This document shows, piece after piece, positions 39,916 through 52,670 of a DNA stretch of 64,000 nucleotides. Location of the stretch: the NCBI RefSeq assembly GCF_036321535.1, contig NC_087436.1, positions 68,636,001-68,700,000 on the forward strand, written 5' to 3'. Both the position numbers and the translations under genes were made by a program. Under the pieces are notes generated by a model, which saw nothing but the letters and a program-made list of their open reading frames with translations, was not told the origin of the DNA and searched no databases. The DNA comes from Camelus dromedarius (taxonomy: Eukaryota). Every line of letters begins with the position of its first letter. Position 1 is the first letter of the stretch.

Positions 39916-42694
39916 TCCCTGCAGGCCTGGGTTACATATAGAATTTAAAAGCTGTCAACTTGTAAGTCTCCATAGTAACACAGATGAACTAGTGAAATGA
40001 ACTCTATCTGCAAATAATCTGCTACACTGGAATTCTTGTGGTCTTAGATGACTATCATTAGAAACCTTGTAATTTCTTAATTAGCTATGGACACACTTAA
40101 TTCAGAAAATGTTTTCTCCTTAACATGCACTTACTAGCCTAACCATAGCTGGTCTTAAACCAGATTTCCTTGGTTGTTACCTTGCCTTGCCTTTCTTTTC
40201 TCTTTTCTTTTCTCTTTCTTTTCTTTGCCCCCTCTCTGTATCTCCCTTCCATCCTTTTTTTTTATCCTTCTTTTAGAAACAATACTTTCAAGACTTGAAT
40301 TATTATGCTCTGGCATATATAGCTTTCAGAGTGAGTGGATGGTATTGTGACTAGGGAACACATTGGCTAAATTTGCTTACCAGTCAGAATGAATGTTATA
40401 ATTTTGAGAACTTTGAAGTAATCTTTATTTAAGAAATTTTCTTTGCTGTTTCTTAAAGAATCATTTTATTTTCATACTCATATTTCCCTATTAGTTTTTC
40501 TCCTGACTTCAAAAACTCTATAATGAAGGAAGGAATGAATAGCAGTGAGTGTTTAAGTATAAAGTCTTGTACTGGTGATTTCACATACCTTACTCTTTAC
40601 AACTTATTCTTTACAGTTACCTTTTTAAACTTTAAACATTTTTAAACAGTTACCTTTTAAACTTAAAGTTAGGTAATTTACTTAGAATAGCTGGTAGGAC
40701 ACAGGGTTGAGATTTGAAGCCAGTTTTGTTTAAATCTAATGCCCACACCATTTCTACCATCCCTTTGCCTTTCAGACTTGCAGGGAGATCTGAGGTCTTC
40801 AGAGACTGACTGGGGTGAGTGAAAAACCAAGCAAAGGACTGGGGCTCCCTTTTCCCTCTTTAGCTGGAGGTTTTATATCAGTTTCTCCTCTTATATCAGT
40901 TTCATTTTTTGAAGCTCCACATAGACTTTTGTTTTAAAAGAAAATTCCATTACTAGCAAAAAGTAGGACATTTTGGCCATACTACACAGAAACTTCTGAA
41001 AATGTATCTCCAAATCATCACAGAACTCTGACATTATCAGGAAGGTGGAAAACCAAGGTGGGCAATTTGAAATCTGGTTATTCTGACCTCTAGCAGAATG
41101 TCAGAAATTCCCAGATTCCCAGGAATGTGACAACTAGCTTGTCAGTTTTTTTCTTTTTTTCTTTTTTCAACCTAGGCATGACTTACTCGAGTGACAAACT
41201 ATCAACATATGCACCAAAGGATGAGGATTAACGTCATCCTTTCAATGTAATTAGCCACAGCAGGATGCGCCTTTGTCAGTGGGCTTTCCAGTAGAATGGG
41301 TGAAGTACGCAGTACACTCCCTGTGTGTCACACCGTCTGGAAGTAAAAAGCCCTGTCTTCCTCTTGTCTTCTCCATCAAATACACATAACATTAGTCACA
41401 GGGTTGAAACCTCTTCCATTCAGAGAGAGAGCAGACAGCTATAATGAAAAGATAAACTGGACTTAATAAAAAGACATAAGTCCAACAGGTCAAGTGGCAC
41501 TGGACAAACAATAAATCCTTTAAATTGGTGGTTTTCAAACTGAAGGTTGTGCCCTTCAGTTGTTGGTTGCAACAACATTAAAAAATGAAATGGAACAGAG
41601 TAGAATATTTATTTTATGAAAACTTTTCTCAGTTACAGGTGTGTGAGAAAAAGGGACACAAGGTCTTTACGTAGTATGTAGTTCTTTCTCTGGGTCACTG
41701 TCAAAAAGTTCTGAGTGCCGTGGTTTTCAAAGGTTCCCTTTGTAGGTTTTCTTACATGTGAAGTGGGGATAGTAACACAGCTTTTATGGACCTCACAGAG
41801 TCAGTGTGAGTAAGATGATGAATGCGGGGTTTGTCAGGAAATTTCAGCGAAGTGCTTTATAAATTTAAAGTGCTGCTAAAAGTAAGGATGAGTCCTTTGC
41901 TTCATAAAATGAAACAGTACTACCGTTTGCTGTGGCCCATACTCACACAAATCTCTCAGGTAAAGTAATGCGCTTGAGTTTAGGCTATTATAGGAAATTC
42001 CTAAGCAATTCAAAATTAATTTCTTATTTTCTTTTTATCATTAAGATAGGTATTTGGTGTTTTCTTGCTATTAGTGCTGTGATATACTCAGGTGAAAATA
42101 ATTAAATAAATTAGTCAATATTTTATTTATAGTCTCTGGGAGAGTCCTTTAAAAGAAAGTGAAATTGTTGGTTTGTATTTCAGTTATGATCACAAATTGA
42201 CTTATCTGTACTTTTGTTTAGACTTTCATCTACATCAGTACCCCAAATTACCAACTACTTTCCAAATAGCTGTATTATATAAAGACCTTATGTTGTCAAG
42301 ATCATGTCCTAAAGCAAATTTTTTTTTAGCTCTATTAATAGCCTGCCTTCCCTCCCCTTCAAATAACTTGGCAGGCAGACAAACAAACACATGCTTTTCT
42401 TCCCAACCTACCTGTCCATTTCAAGACAGGTTTTAAAACTCCTTGGTTAAAAATACTGGAGCTTTATTTTACTTCGTTCTGTTATTAACCCCCTAAATCC
42501 AGTTTGTTGCCAATCTTTGTTTTTTGTTTGAAATGTCCCTTATAAATACTATCCACCTCTTCTGACACCATCCTAGCCCCCAGCCTGATCACCTCATTGC
42601 CAGGTGATCTGAAAAGGCTTCTTTGTGTCTCTCTCCACGCCATTAGACTCTATGTAAATTTTCTTAAAAATATTTTGTTAAAAAATCATTTTAA

Positions 42695-42956
42695 TAATGT
42701 ACAACACAGTTAACTCTGCTGTGTGCTGTATAGAAAAGTTGCTGAGTGTAAATCCTAAGTGTTCTCATCACAAGGAGAAAAAGATTTTTTCTTTTTTCTT
42801 TTCTTTTTATTGTATCTGGATGAGATGATGAATATTAGCTAAATCTACTGTGACAATAATTTTGCAATATATGCAAATCAAGCCATCATGCTGTACACTT
42901 TAAACTTATACAGTGATGTGTGTCAATTATTTCTCAATAAAACCGGAAAAAAAAAT
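42695..42956 (+). mobile_element. L1 3' end fragment
   Basis: 'gtaaatcctaagtgttctcatcac...gtacactttaaacttatacagtgatgtgtgtcaattatttctcaataaa' followed by poly-A. Confidence 0.7.
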
Positions 42957-45029
42957 TTACTCCTTGCACAGGACTCACCTAGGTTATATGGCTTCCACAT
43001 TACTTTTAGAATTTCCCCTGGCTAGCAATGTCTTCTGTTACATCCATCCATCCCACCTGCATTTACTGATTCATTTCTTCAAAAAAAAAATTTTTTTTTT
43101 TTAGTAAGCACTGACAGACTTATTTCATCCAAAGAGAAACCAAAGTATCCAAACATTTTAAATTTCTGTTTTTGTTAGGTATCTTATTAAGTACTGTGAA
43201 TATTAATTAAATTGAACACAACACTCTTCACTATTGTAAGAACATATACCATAATGGCAGAGACAAGCAAATACATAATCCCAATGTTTTCTGACAAAAA
43301 AATAGTGTGCTCCAAGGTCAAAGGTACGGCAGCAGCCGCTGAATCTAATTTCCTGCTACTCTCGACTCTCGGTCTTTTACTACAGTCAAACAAGACTCCT
43401 ATGAAAATTATTCCCTTAACTTTTGCTGAAAACTACATGTTATCCTTGGATTATTTTTTCCATTCAAATACGACTCATCCTTAAAAACTCAGTTTATCCT
43501 ATCTTTACTGTAAAACCTTCACCATTTCTACTCTTGTTCATTTCTCTCTCTTCTGACACTTGTAATAGGTTTAAAGACTTTTTAGTACGTAGTTGTATTT
43601 GTTTTGCATAATTTTTACCTCTACAACTGAATGACATTTTCTTTCTTTGACAGTGTTTCATTGCTTCATGATTACCAGGCTCAGTGTTAGTCACTTAACT
43701 TGTGTTTATCTTCTCTAAGAAAACTAGACAATAAGCAGCACTCATACTTTAAAGAAATAAAATGGAAAATTTCAGAGTGTAAGCCTTTGCTAAGTAAACT
43801 CATTTTAAGTGACATATTTGCTAAACTAATTCTTGTATATGCAACCCTTGTAAGAATAACTGTAATATACTTTTCTCCACAGAAATAAAAACATTTTGGT
43901 TTTTCCCATTTCTCCTGTCATAAAACACATACTGCTGTTCAAAAAATGTTAAGGGAGGAATTGGTAGGAGAATTTAGTTGTCTAGCTTTCTAGTACTTTG
44001 CACTATTTTGTGAGTCCTATGTGGCAGTTTTTGTTTGTTTGTTTTTAAGTCACCTGGCCAGTTTAGAACATCTAGATACATTTCCATTTGTAGTGGCAAG
44101 TTTTTGAGGGTCTTGGGAAATTCTGACTTTAATTCTTGACACATTCTTGTACCCTGGATTCATCATACAGTACATTTACAAGCATAGAGACAACCTGTTC
44201 ATCTGTTATTAAAGGATCTTTGCCATTTTCAAGAATGTGTCCTTTTCTTTGGAGATCTGACTATTGCTAAGGCAGATTCTGCAGGTCAATTAACCAGGTT
44301 ACCTGTAATGAAAACAGTCTGGAGAGAAGTCTGCCTCCTCTAGAAGAGGGCCTGTGCCTGCACAGACAGTCTCATACTTTTGTTAACAGCCTGTTACAGT
44401 CTAACCCACCTCCAGAAAAGCTCAAGTCAACCTCAGAGAAATATTTAAATTTCCAAAAGTCTAAGATTTCCTACATTTTCTCTCTATTCAGTCCCACACA
44501 GCTGCAAACTGCAGAACAAAGTACTAATCAGGACTATTTCTCTCTGATCTGCAATGACAGAAGACTCAAGAAGACCCATATAAAACAAGTAATGCGTACA
44601 TTCTACCTATGCAAATTTCATCATTCCTAAAGATTCTCTCAATTTACCATGTCAATCAGAATAAAAGGAAAAATAGGTGGAAGAATAGAATGGGGATTAG
44701 GTCAAACTGGAGAATAGCTACACTTTAGAGGAGCATTTACTATGTGCCAGAGATTATGATAGACACTTTAACACACAGCTTGTTGAATCATCACAAAAGG
44801 TGCATAAAGTAGGCATTACCTCCATTTTATAAAGGAATAAACTGAAACTCAGAGAGATTAAGATATCTGCTCAAGGTAAAAGAGCAAAGCTAGGATTAAA
44901 TTCTACTCTGACTTCCAGAGCCCAAGCTCTTAAGAGATAATACAATACTGCCTTTGATAAGGCCTTCATTCAAGTTTAGATAGGAACTCTGGATCTCCAT
45001 ACCCTAACAAGTTGATGATACTGGTTTAC

Positions 45030-45551
45030 CTGTGGTCCAGCAAAGATGCTACTGAGGAGCCAGGCCAAGCCAGTCATGAACTGTCCGAGCTTGCTGTTGC
45101 TTTTCATAGTGAGAGGCCTCGTAATGGCCAGGGAGCGGTCCAGGCTGATCACTACCATCATGAAGGCTGGGGCATACATGGAGAAAAGCTTCAGGTAGCT
45201 GAGGACTTTGCAGAGGAGCTCTCCGGCATACCACTGCACAGTAATGTTCCACATTCCATCCAGTGGCATGACAATTAGGGTCTCCAACAGGTTGGCTAAG
45301 GTCAAATGTTTTAAAAGCATTTTCATCCTTGAGAGTTTTTTCCCTTTTTCTTTTCCCTGAGTCCACTTCTGAAGTTTCCACAAGAAAGAAGCATTGAAAG
45401 TTGTGGAGAGTAGAAAAAGGAAGAAAGTAACTGTCACACGGATTTTTCCCGATAAGGTCAGGGTGGGGAGGTTGTCCTGTGTCAGTGGGATGCTGCTGTT
45501 GATGGCTGAGCAGTGGTTTTGATTCTGTTCGGGAGAGGCACTGTTTGCCAT
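45030..45551 (-). CDS. GNRHR: GNRHR (type I GnRH receptor) coding exon 1, N-terminus to TM4
   Basis: MANSASPEQNQNHCSAINSSIPL...DRS...FAGPQ; 522 nt; donor CAG|gtaaac. Confidence 0.98.
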
Positions 45552-45830
45552 CCTTCCTGACAGAGAGCGTCAAGACTTGTTTCTGGTGCTTCTGTTGTTT
45601 TATTGTATTTGAACCAAAAGGTTCTGTTTTATTTCAGCCTTCTTTAGATGGAAACGTCACAGGTTTACATATTTATGTCAAAGTTTGTCCCTGAGATGTT
45701 TTATATTTTAAGTGAAAGATCAAGGTGAACTTGTTTTGTGGGCTTGTAATCCAATAGAGCGCTGACGCAGAGCTGGCCAAGCGCTCTCTGAGGGCCGAAT
45801 GTAACTGTAGTACCTCAGCAGATGGCCTGG
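45552..45830 (-). promoter_or_regulatory. GNRHR proximal promoter / 5' UTR with CRE and SF-1 (NR5A1) sites
   Basis: TGACGTTT on the minus strand at 45652-45659 (-108/-101 from ATG). TTGTCCCTG at 45685-45693 (-142/-134). TCAAGGTGA at 45720-45728. TCGGCCCTCAG on the minus strand at about 45788-45798. The first, second and last sit where I recall the rodent/human CRE and SF-1/GSE elements. Confidence 0.75.
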
Positions 45831-47186
45831 TTTTCACAACATTTTTCTAAATGAAGAAGGATGTCTGAAGCTTAGTTTTTGAATTTAAAATTCACTTGGT
45901 AAGATTCAAGTAACTTTAATGAAGAGGTTTTCTCAAAACTATTAAATGTTCATCTTGTGTTCAGCAGATGCAAAATAAAAAAGAAAAAAACTAAAAAAAG
46001 AACTTGATCCAGTTGAAATTTGTTGTTTGAAGAATTTATACATTTCTCAAAAACATTTCTTTTTTTTTTAATCACACACTGCAGAGCATTCAAACACTAG
46101 ATAAATATGTTTATTTCAAACCATCCTCCGTGAAACATCAATTTAATACCTTAACAGAATCAATTGGATCTAATACAAATTGGGCTGCATTCAAATTTCT
46201 CAATCAATCTTAAAGGTCAGATCATCCATGCTTAAATTAGAGTAAAATCATTAACTGTTTTTTCTGTAATCGCCTTGATTTTATAAATGTCTAAATACCG
46301 TGCTGCCATTGTTGCATATTATTGCAGAGGGTAACTGGATATTGGAGAGAATATTGTATAAATGCTGTAACCACAACCATATATGTTTATAAATGAATAT
46401 TTGTTTATATTCCTTTATATGCAGTCTGATCGTTTTACACTAGGGCCACTTAGAAACTTTCTCTGCGTTGTTGCTTTAACTTTCATGGTGACTGCTTGAT
46501 GATGTTGTTTACTAATACTAGTATGGCTTAGATTGGAATTTATTAAATCACCAGCTTGACTTGTCTTACGTCAACTAGCTTGCTTCTGTTATAGCCAAAC
46601 AAGGGAATAAATTTGAAAGTAAAAGTGGCTATTTTGATTTAGATGGCCCATTCTTGTTGGTTCATTTATTTATTTATTCTGTCTTATACACATTTATTTA
46701 ATAAATAGTTACTAAATACCTGCTATGTAAACTCGCTTGGCCTTGGCAGGTGATTAAAATGTGCCTATGGCATCATCCAGGCCCAAAGGAGCTTACTGGG
46801 TACTACAGAAGATTAGATAAGCATACTGGATGTACCCTCAGTGCCTCCTCAGCTCCTTCTGTGCTGGCTCCTAGGTCTTGAGCCACTTAGGTCAGTAGCT
46901 TACTTGGGTTCCCCTTTGGTTGTCACCACATGATCAGAAATATTGGCTTTTCTCACTACTTTCAGACTTGGATTCAATATTATACTGCAGGACATGGACT
47001 CTGGCTTTGTAAGTGGCTTTCTGAAGGGTTTGGAAATATTTTTTAATGGATTATTCCGGTCCTGAAATGGACTGTTTTAGAAAAATTAGTGGGAAGAACA
47101 GATGAGGCAGAAATCAAGAGGACTATGTTTTTTAGAAAAATGTAGCACATGGATTTTAAAGCAAAGATATAGCATCAATATACAAT

Positions 47187-47961
47187 GCAGTCAACTCTCA
47201 TTATTTGTGGAAGTTATGTTCTGTAAAGTTGCCATGAGTGCTAAATTAGTGAATACAGAACCGTTGTTCCTAGTGAAAATACAGGGTTTGTGTTTCTGCA
47301 AGCCAATAACACCATTTGCATCATTTAGTTTTATATGCCAGTGTTCTTGTCAAACAAGCCAAAACTCATTGGTGTTGAACACCTGCTTTTCCACATAACC
47401 CCATAACACATAGGAGATATTTAAAAAATTCTTTAATATTGTAAATTGACTATACTTCATTAAAAAAATTCTTCCTAAGATCCCTGATATACAGAAACTG
47501 CCTCACCTGCAATTTGACATTTTCACACTGTGTCACCTTTTGAAATGTGCAAGCCAGTTACCATAAATTTCTTTGGCTTTCAGCCTCAAACAATGCTGTC
47601 TACAACATTAAAAAAAAATGAGCCTTCATCTCACGAATCCATAAGTTTCCTAACTTTTCCAGCTTTTCCATGGCTTCTTCACATATTATACATTTCACTT
47701 TGGCACACTCTGGAGAAGCCTTAGTTACAGATCAGCAAAGTTCCTCCTCCTTTTTATGGATGCTTGCTTGTAATATAATTGCTGAAACTAGAAGGCAGAA
47801 CATTGCCTTGTTGACACTTAGCTGGGAAATTCCCTGGGCAAAGTGAAAACTCTGTGAATGCACATGTCTGGGAATAATTATAAAATCTCTGCAAATATGA
47901 TTTTGGGGTTACAAATAAATTTTAGCAAATAGATAAATTTGCACATAATAAGGGTCACTGT
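47187..47961 (-). mobile_element. MER82-like TcMar-Tigger element
   Basis: Termini cagtcaactctcattatt and aataagggtcactg-TA; internal 'ttggggttacaaataaattttagcaa'. Confidence 0.6.
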
Positions 47962-49296
47962 AAGTAAGAATCAATAAGCAAAATCAGATCGTTAAAGAAA
48001 AATCAAAATTCCCACTAGAACACCCAAATAAGTTAAACTATATTACAAACTAAAATATTTATAACATTAGAAAATAGCATTTTAATCTACAAGTTCACAA
48101 TAGATTGAAAGAAATATATTTGTTGAGCCCTCAGCTATTTAGATTTTAGGGGAGTGAAGTTATATTTATGTGGAATATTAAACAAAGGCATTTTTTCACA
48201 TCTGATTCTGTGACAAATTTTATACCTACTGTATTAGCTATAATTGGTTCCTTAAAATCACACAGTCCTGATTATAACAGATAATTATTCTGAAGGACTC
48301 AAAAAGTTTTGCATATACATCATGTCAGTTAATCTGATCAGGGCCATATGCTTGAGACAAAACAAGGTACCACTGGATAGTCCTTATAAACCTGAAAAGC
48401 TATTATATGTGGGCCAGCAACCAGAAGAAGAAAGGAAAAAATGTTCATGGTAAGATCTGATTATACCGAAGTATATTTTGTCTTTTGCCTTCTACATTTA
48501 GGGAAAGGAAAAAAAAAGCAAAACAAAACACTGGCGTGTAAATGCTTCATTATTTGTTTCTTTTTTCTCACAATAATTTTTAAATTTTATATTATTTATT
48601 TTTTCATTGATGTTCAGTTGATTTACAATGTTGTATTAGTCAGATGGATGTATAACTGAATCACTCTGCTATAAGGAAGTAATGTAGATAAAAACTTGAA
48701 TTTAAGATTCCAGATGTGTGAAGCTGTTCTGAGTAAGACTAAAGTACAGGATATGGCTGTGGAAGTGGGTAAGTGAAGCAGAAGGTGAGTGACATTTGAT
48801 GTATTTAAGAAGTTCAAAGAACTATGAATCTAGTTCTGCTCATTGATTTTGGCAATAATGACACTATTAATAATATTTAACATTTACTGGGTACTTACTG
48901 TATCAGGCACTTTTCTAAGCATGTTACACATATGAGTACATTTATCCTTACAACAGCCCTAGAGGTTAGGACCATTGTTGTCTTCACCTTACCGGTGATG
49001 ACAGTGAATGGCCTCATTTTTATATGAAAGAGAAATAGGGACAAATCAACAAGCATCGGGATCTATCAAAGCACTCCATGGGATTATCAGCCTGTTTTGC
49101 GTCACTTAAGGTGAGGAAGACATAAAAAGAGAAGGGATAGCATTGGTACAAAGACTAGAAAGAAAACAGGTACAGTTTCCTGAAAAAATTTTATAGGCAG
49201 TATTATTGCAACTTCCTAGGCTACAACCTACAGATATGTGGATCTTGTGGAGTCCATGTGATTCAGCAGGGGATTATTTATACACTCGGAGGGGAG

Positions 49297-49302
49297 TTTA
49301 TT
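49297..49302 (-). terminator. Candidate polyadenylation signal of the TMPRSS11C-like gene
   Basis: AATAAA on the minus strand about 340 nt after the stop codon; motif only. Confidence 0.35.
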
Positions 49303-49640
49303 GCTAACATCTAGTCTATGATTTTCCAAGGGACCTGGATCTGCAAAGAATTAGAGAAGACTTCCTTGGTAACCCATAATCCATATTTACTCATAATTCC
49401 CATCAGTCTGGAAAAGGATAAAAGGGGAAATGATGTGTTGTGGCCCATTACTGTCATTAAACCCTTGTCAAAGTCTAATATACAAAAAAATTTTCACAGT
49501 TCTAAAATTATATATGTTTAAATTTGCAAATTAAATGTGCATAAAGAGAGGTGATTCTAATTAAATATGGTTTAGGAATTACAGCTATATTTACAACAAG
49601 GGTATAAAATTTGAATTTTCATCTATAAAGCACTTCTGCA

Positions 49641-49802
<162 letters not shown>

Positions 49803-51516
49803 CTAGAAAGAGAAAAAGTATATGCAATTACTGTAATTTAAAGGTGAACACTGCTTATTTTTCTCTTCTACAGTAAAGACAAGGAGATACAGAAGAAGGG
49901 AAAAAATGTATTTCAATATTAAAAATTTTCAACACTAAAAAATTTTTATATTTCAATATTAAGATGTTATTTTAATTATTTTAAAAATATTTCCATTTTG
50001 ATTTTCAATTTTAAAATTTTAAGAATTCAACATTTCAATGTTAAAATTTCAATATTAAAATGATTCTAGTCAAGAATATTTTTGAATTCTATAATCATTT
50101 ATTTAAATCAAACATAAAAGTTTATATCTTGGATATAACAGTACAAAAATTTTAAAAAAGTATGAAAAACTTAAACTGAATAATTACCCAAAAGAGATAT
50201 TTATGATATTGTTGCTAATGCCATAACAGTATGCTGAGGAACTCTCTGATCACCTCCCCAAACTCTCCTATTTTCAGGCATATATTGAGGAAAAAAGTTT
50301 ATATATATCCACCACCAGCACTGGACTACTGCTCTTTAAATCTTGTGGAAACATCCCTCCAGTTTTCAGAATTGTATAATTTGACTAAACTACCCTCTAC
50401 ACTCCATATGGTTTTCATTTACTGATGTTTAGGCCATTTTTCCAGAATGATGGAACACCATGGCATCTGGATTTTCCTGTGCTCTAATCTTTTCCATCAT
50501 CCTGGATAATTTCAACACCCATTTGATCAAACCATAGTCTTTTGGTTTCTTTGATTTTGATTATTTACATATTTATTAAACATTTCCATGTCACTCCTTG
50601 TCATCACCTGGAATAGCTCCACCTCTGAAACACTATTATTAGCATTATGACTGCAGTATTTTTACTCTACTTCTTTTCACTCTACATGTGGCTTCAACCT
50701 CATTAAGAATGCCAACTTTTTGACTCCTCTCTTTTCTCTTACTTCCTATTTCCCATCTTTCTTTATGTGACTATATTGCATAATTTATTCACTACTCTTT
50801 CAGCAAGATTCTTAGCTCCTTACCTTCTTCTTCACTATAATCTGGGCCAACTATACACTGAAAACCATGTTATAAATTTACATCCTCAAACCAACACCTC
50901 TCCCCAACAGTTGTGTGTCCTTAGCCATATTCCTTTCTCATTTTTAAGAGCAGCCAATCCAAATTTTTCTCATTTCATAATTTAAAAAATCATTATTTTT
51001 AATTGTCTAAAATACACATAACATAAAAATTACCATTTTAAGTATATAATTCAATGACCATATTGTGTGATCATCACCACTATTCACTTCCAGAAATTTT
51101 TTCATCTTGCAAAACTAAAATTCTATACCCATTAAACAATTACTTCCCATCATCTCTTTCCTTCAGCTCACCTCCACCAGTTCACATCTGTTTCTACTCT
51201 CCTTTTCAGACAAATGGCTGTATTTGGTTCTTTCCAAGGTTAATCCTCCCATCTGTTCTTTGGATCAAGGACCTTATTCTATGAATAATTGTTTTGTTTA
51301 TTTGTTTTTTCCTAATATGTCTTCATTTTCTCCACTGTCTCTTCCCTCCAGACATACATTTTTTTTTTTTTTTGGTCTTGCCTACCTGAAAAATGACAAC
51401 TTTTCTGGATTTTAAGACTTCCTCTATTGCCCTAATTATCTTCTTTTCATAGCTCTGCAACTTGAAGTAGTAATCTATATTGATGTTTCTAATTTCTCAT
51501 TCCATTCTCAACTTAC

Positions 51517-52670
51517 TTTTTTTTTAATTTGAGTTATAATTAACATAATATTATGTTAGTTTCAGGTGTATAACACAGTAATTTGATATTTTTATACATT
51601 ATGAAATGATCACCACACTAAGTCCAGTTACCATCTGTCACCAAAGTTATCACAATGTTATTGACTATATTCCCTATGGGTATATTATGTCTTCCTTATT
51701 TATTTTATAGCTGGAAGTGTGTACCTCTTAATCCCCTTCATCTATTTCATCTGTCCCCTGCCCTCCCCCACCTCGGTTACCATCATATTGTTTTCTGTAC
51801 CTGTGAGTCTGTTTCTGTTTTGTTTTGTTTTTTAGTTCCACATATGAGTGAAATCATATGGTATTTGTTTTTCTGTCTGACATATTTCAGTTAGTATAAT
51901 ACCATCCAGGTCCATCCATGTTGCTGCAGATGATTTCATTTCATTCTTTTTTATAGCTGAGTAGTATTCCATTGTATACATATTTATACATATCTTTTTA
52001 ATCCATTCACCTATTGATGGACATTTAGGTTTCTTCCACATCTTGACTGTTATAAATAATGCTGTAATGAACATAGGGGTAATTTATCTTTTCAAATTAG
52101 TGGGGTTTTTTTGTTTCCTTCAGATAAATCCGTAGGAGTGGAATTGCTAGATCATATGGTAGTTCTATTTTTAAATGTTTTCCAGTAGTGGAATGTAGTG
52201 GCTTCACCAATTTACAGTCCCACCAACAGTGCACAAGGGTTCCTTTTTCTCCACATTCTTGCCAAAATTTGCTTCTTGTCTTTTTGATAATAGCCATTCT
52301 GACAGGTGTGAGGTAATATTTCATTGCGGTTTTGATTTGCATTTCTCTGATGATTAGCAATGTTGAGCACCTTTTCATATGGCAAGGATAGTATACAACG
52401 GGGGAAAGACAGTCACTTCAAATAAATGGTATTGGGAAAGCTGGACAGCCACATGCAAAAGAATAAAATAACCATTTTCTTACACCATATATAAAAGTAA
52501 ACTCAAAATGGGTTAAAGACTTAATCTGAAACCATAAAAATCCTAGAAGAAAACATAGACAGTAACCTCTTTGACATTGGTCTTAGGAATATTTTTTGGA
52601 TACATCTCCTCAGGCAAGGGCAACAAAAGCAAAATTAAACGAGATCTCATCAAACTAAAAATCTTTTACT
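51517..52670. mobile_element. Older LINE-1 with internal inversion
   Basis: 51517-52380 is an antisense 3' end (poly-T, ORF2 C-terminal [17 protein letters not shown]). 52381-52670 is a more 5' part of ORF2 in sense orientation. Confidence 0.8.

Noticed and set aside
44976..45029. Extension of the GNRHR exon-1 ORF to 191 aa
   Set aside because: Simple read-through past the canonical donor at 45029 into intron 1.
45049..45573. 174-aa ORF overlapping GNRHR exon 1 in a shifted frame
   Set aside because: It starts at TTG, has no Met and resembles no protein I know; most likely a by-product of GNRHR codon usage.
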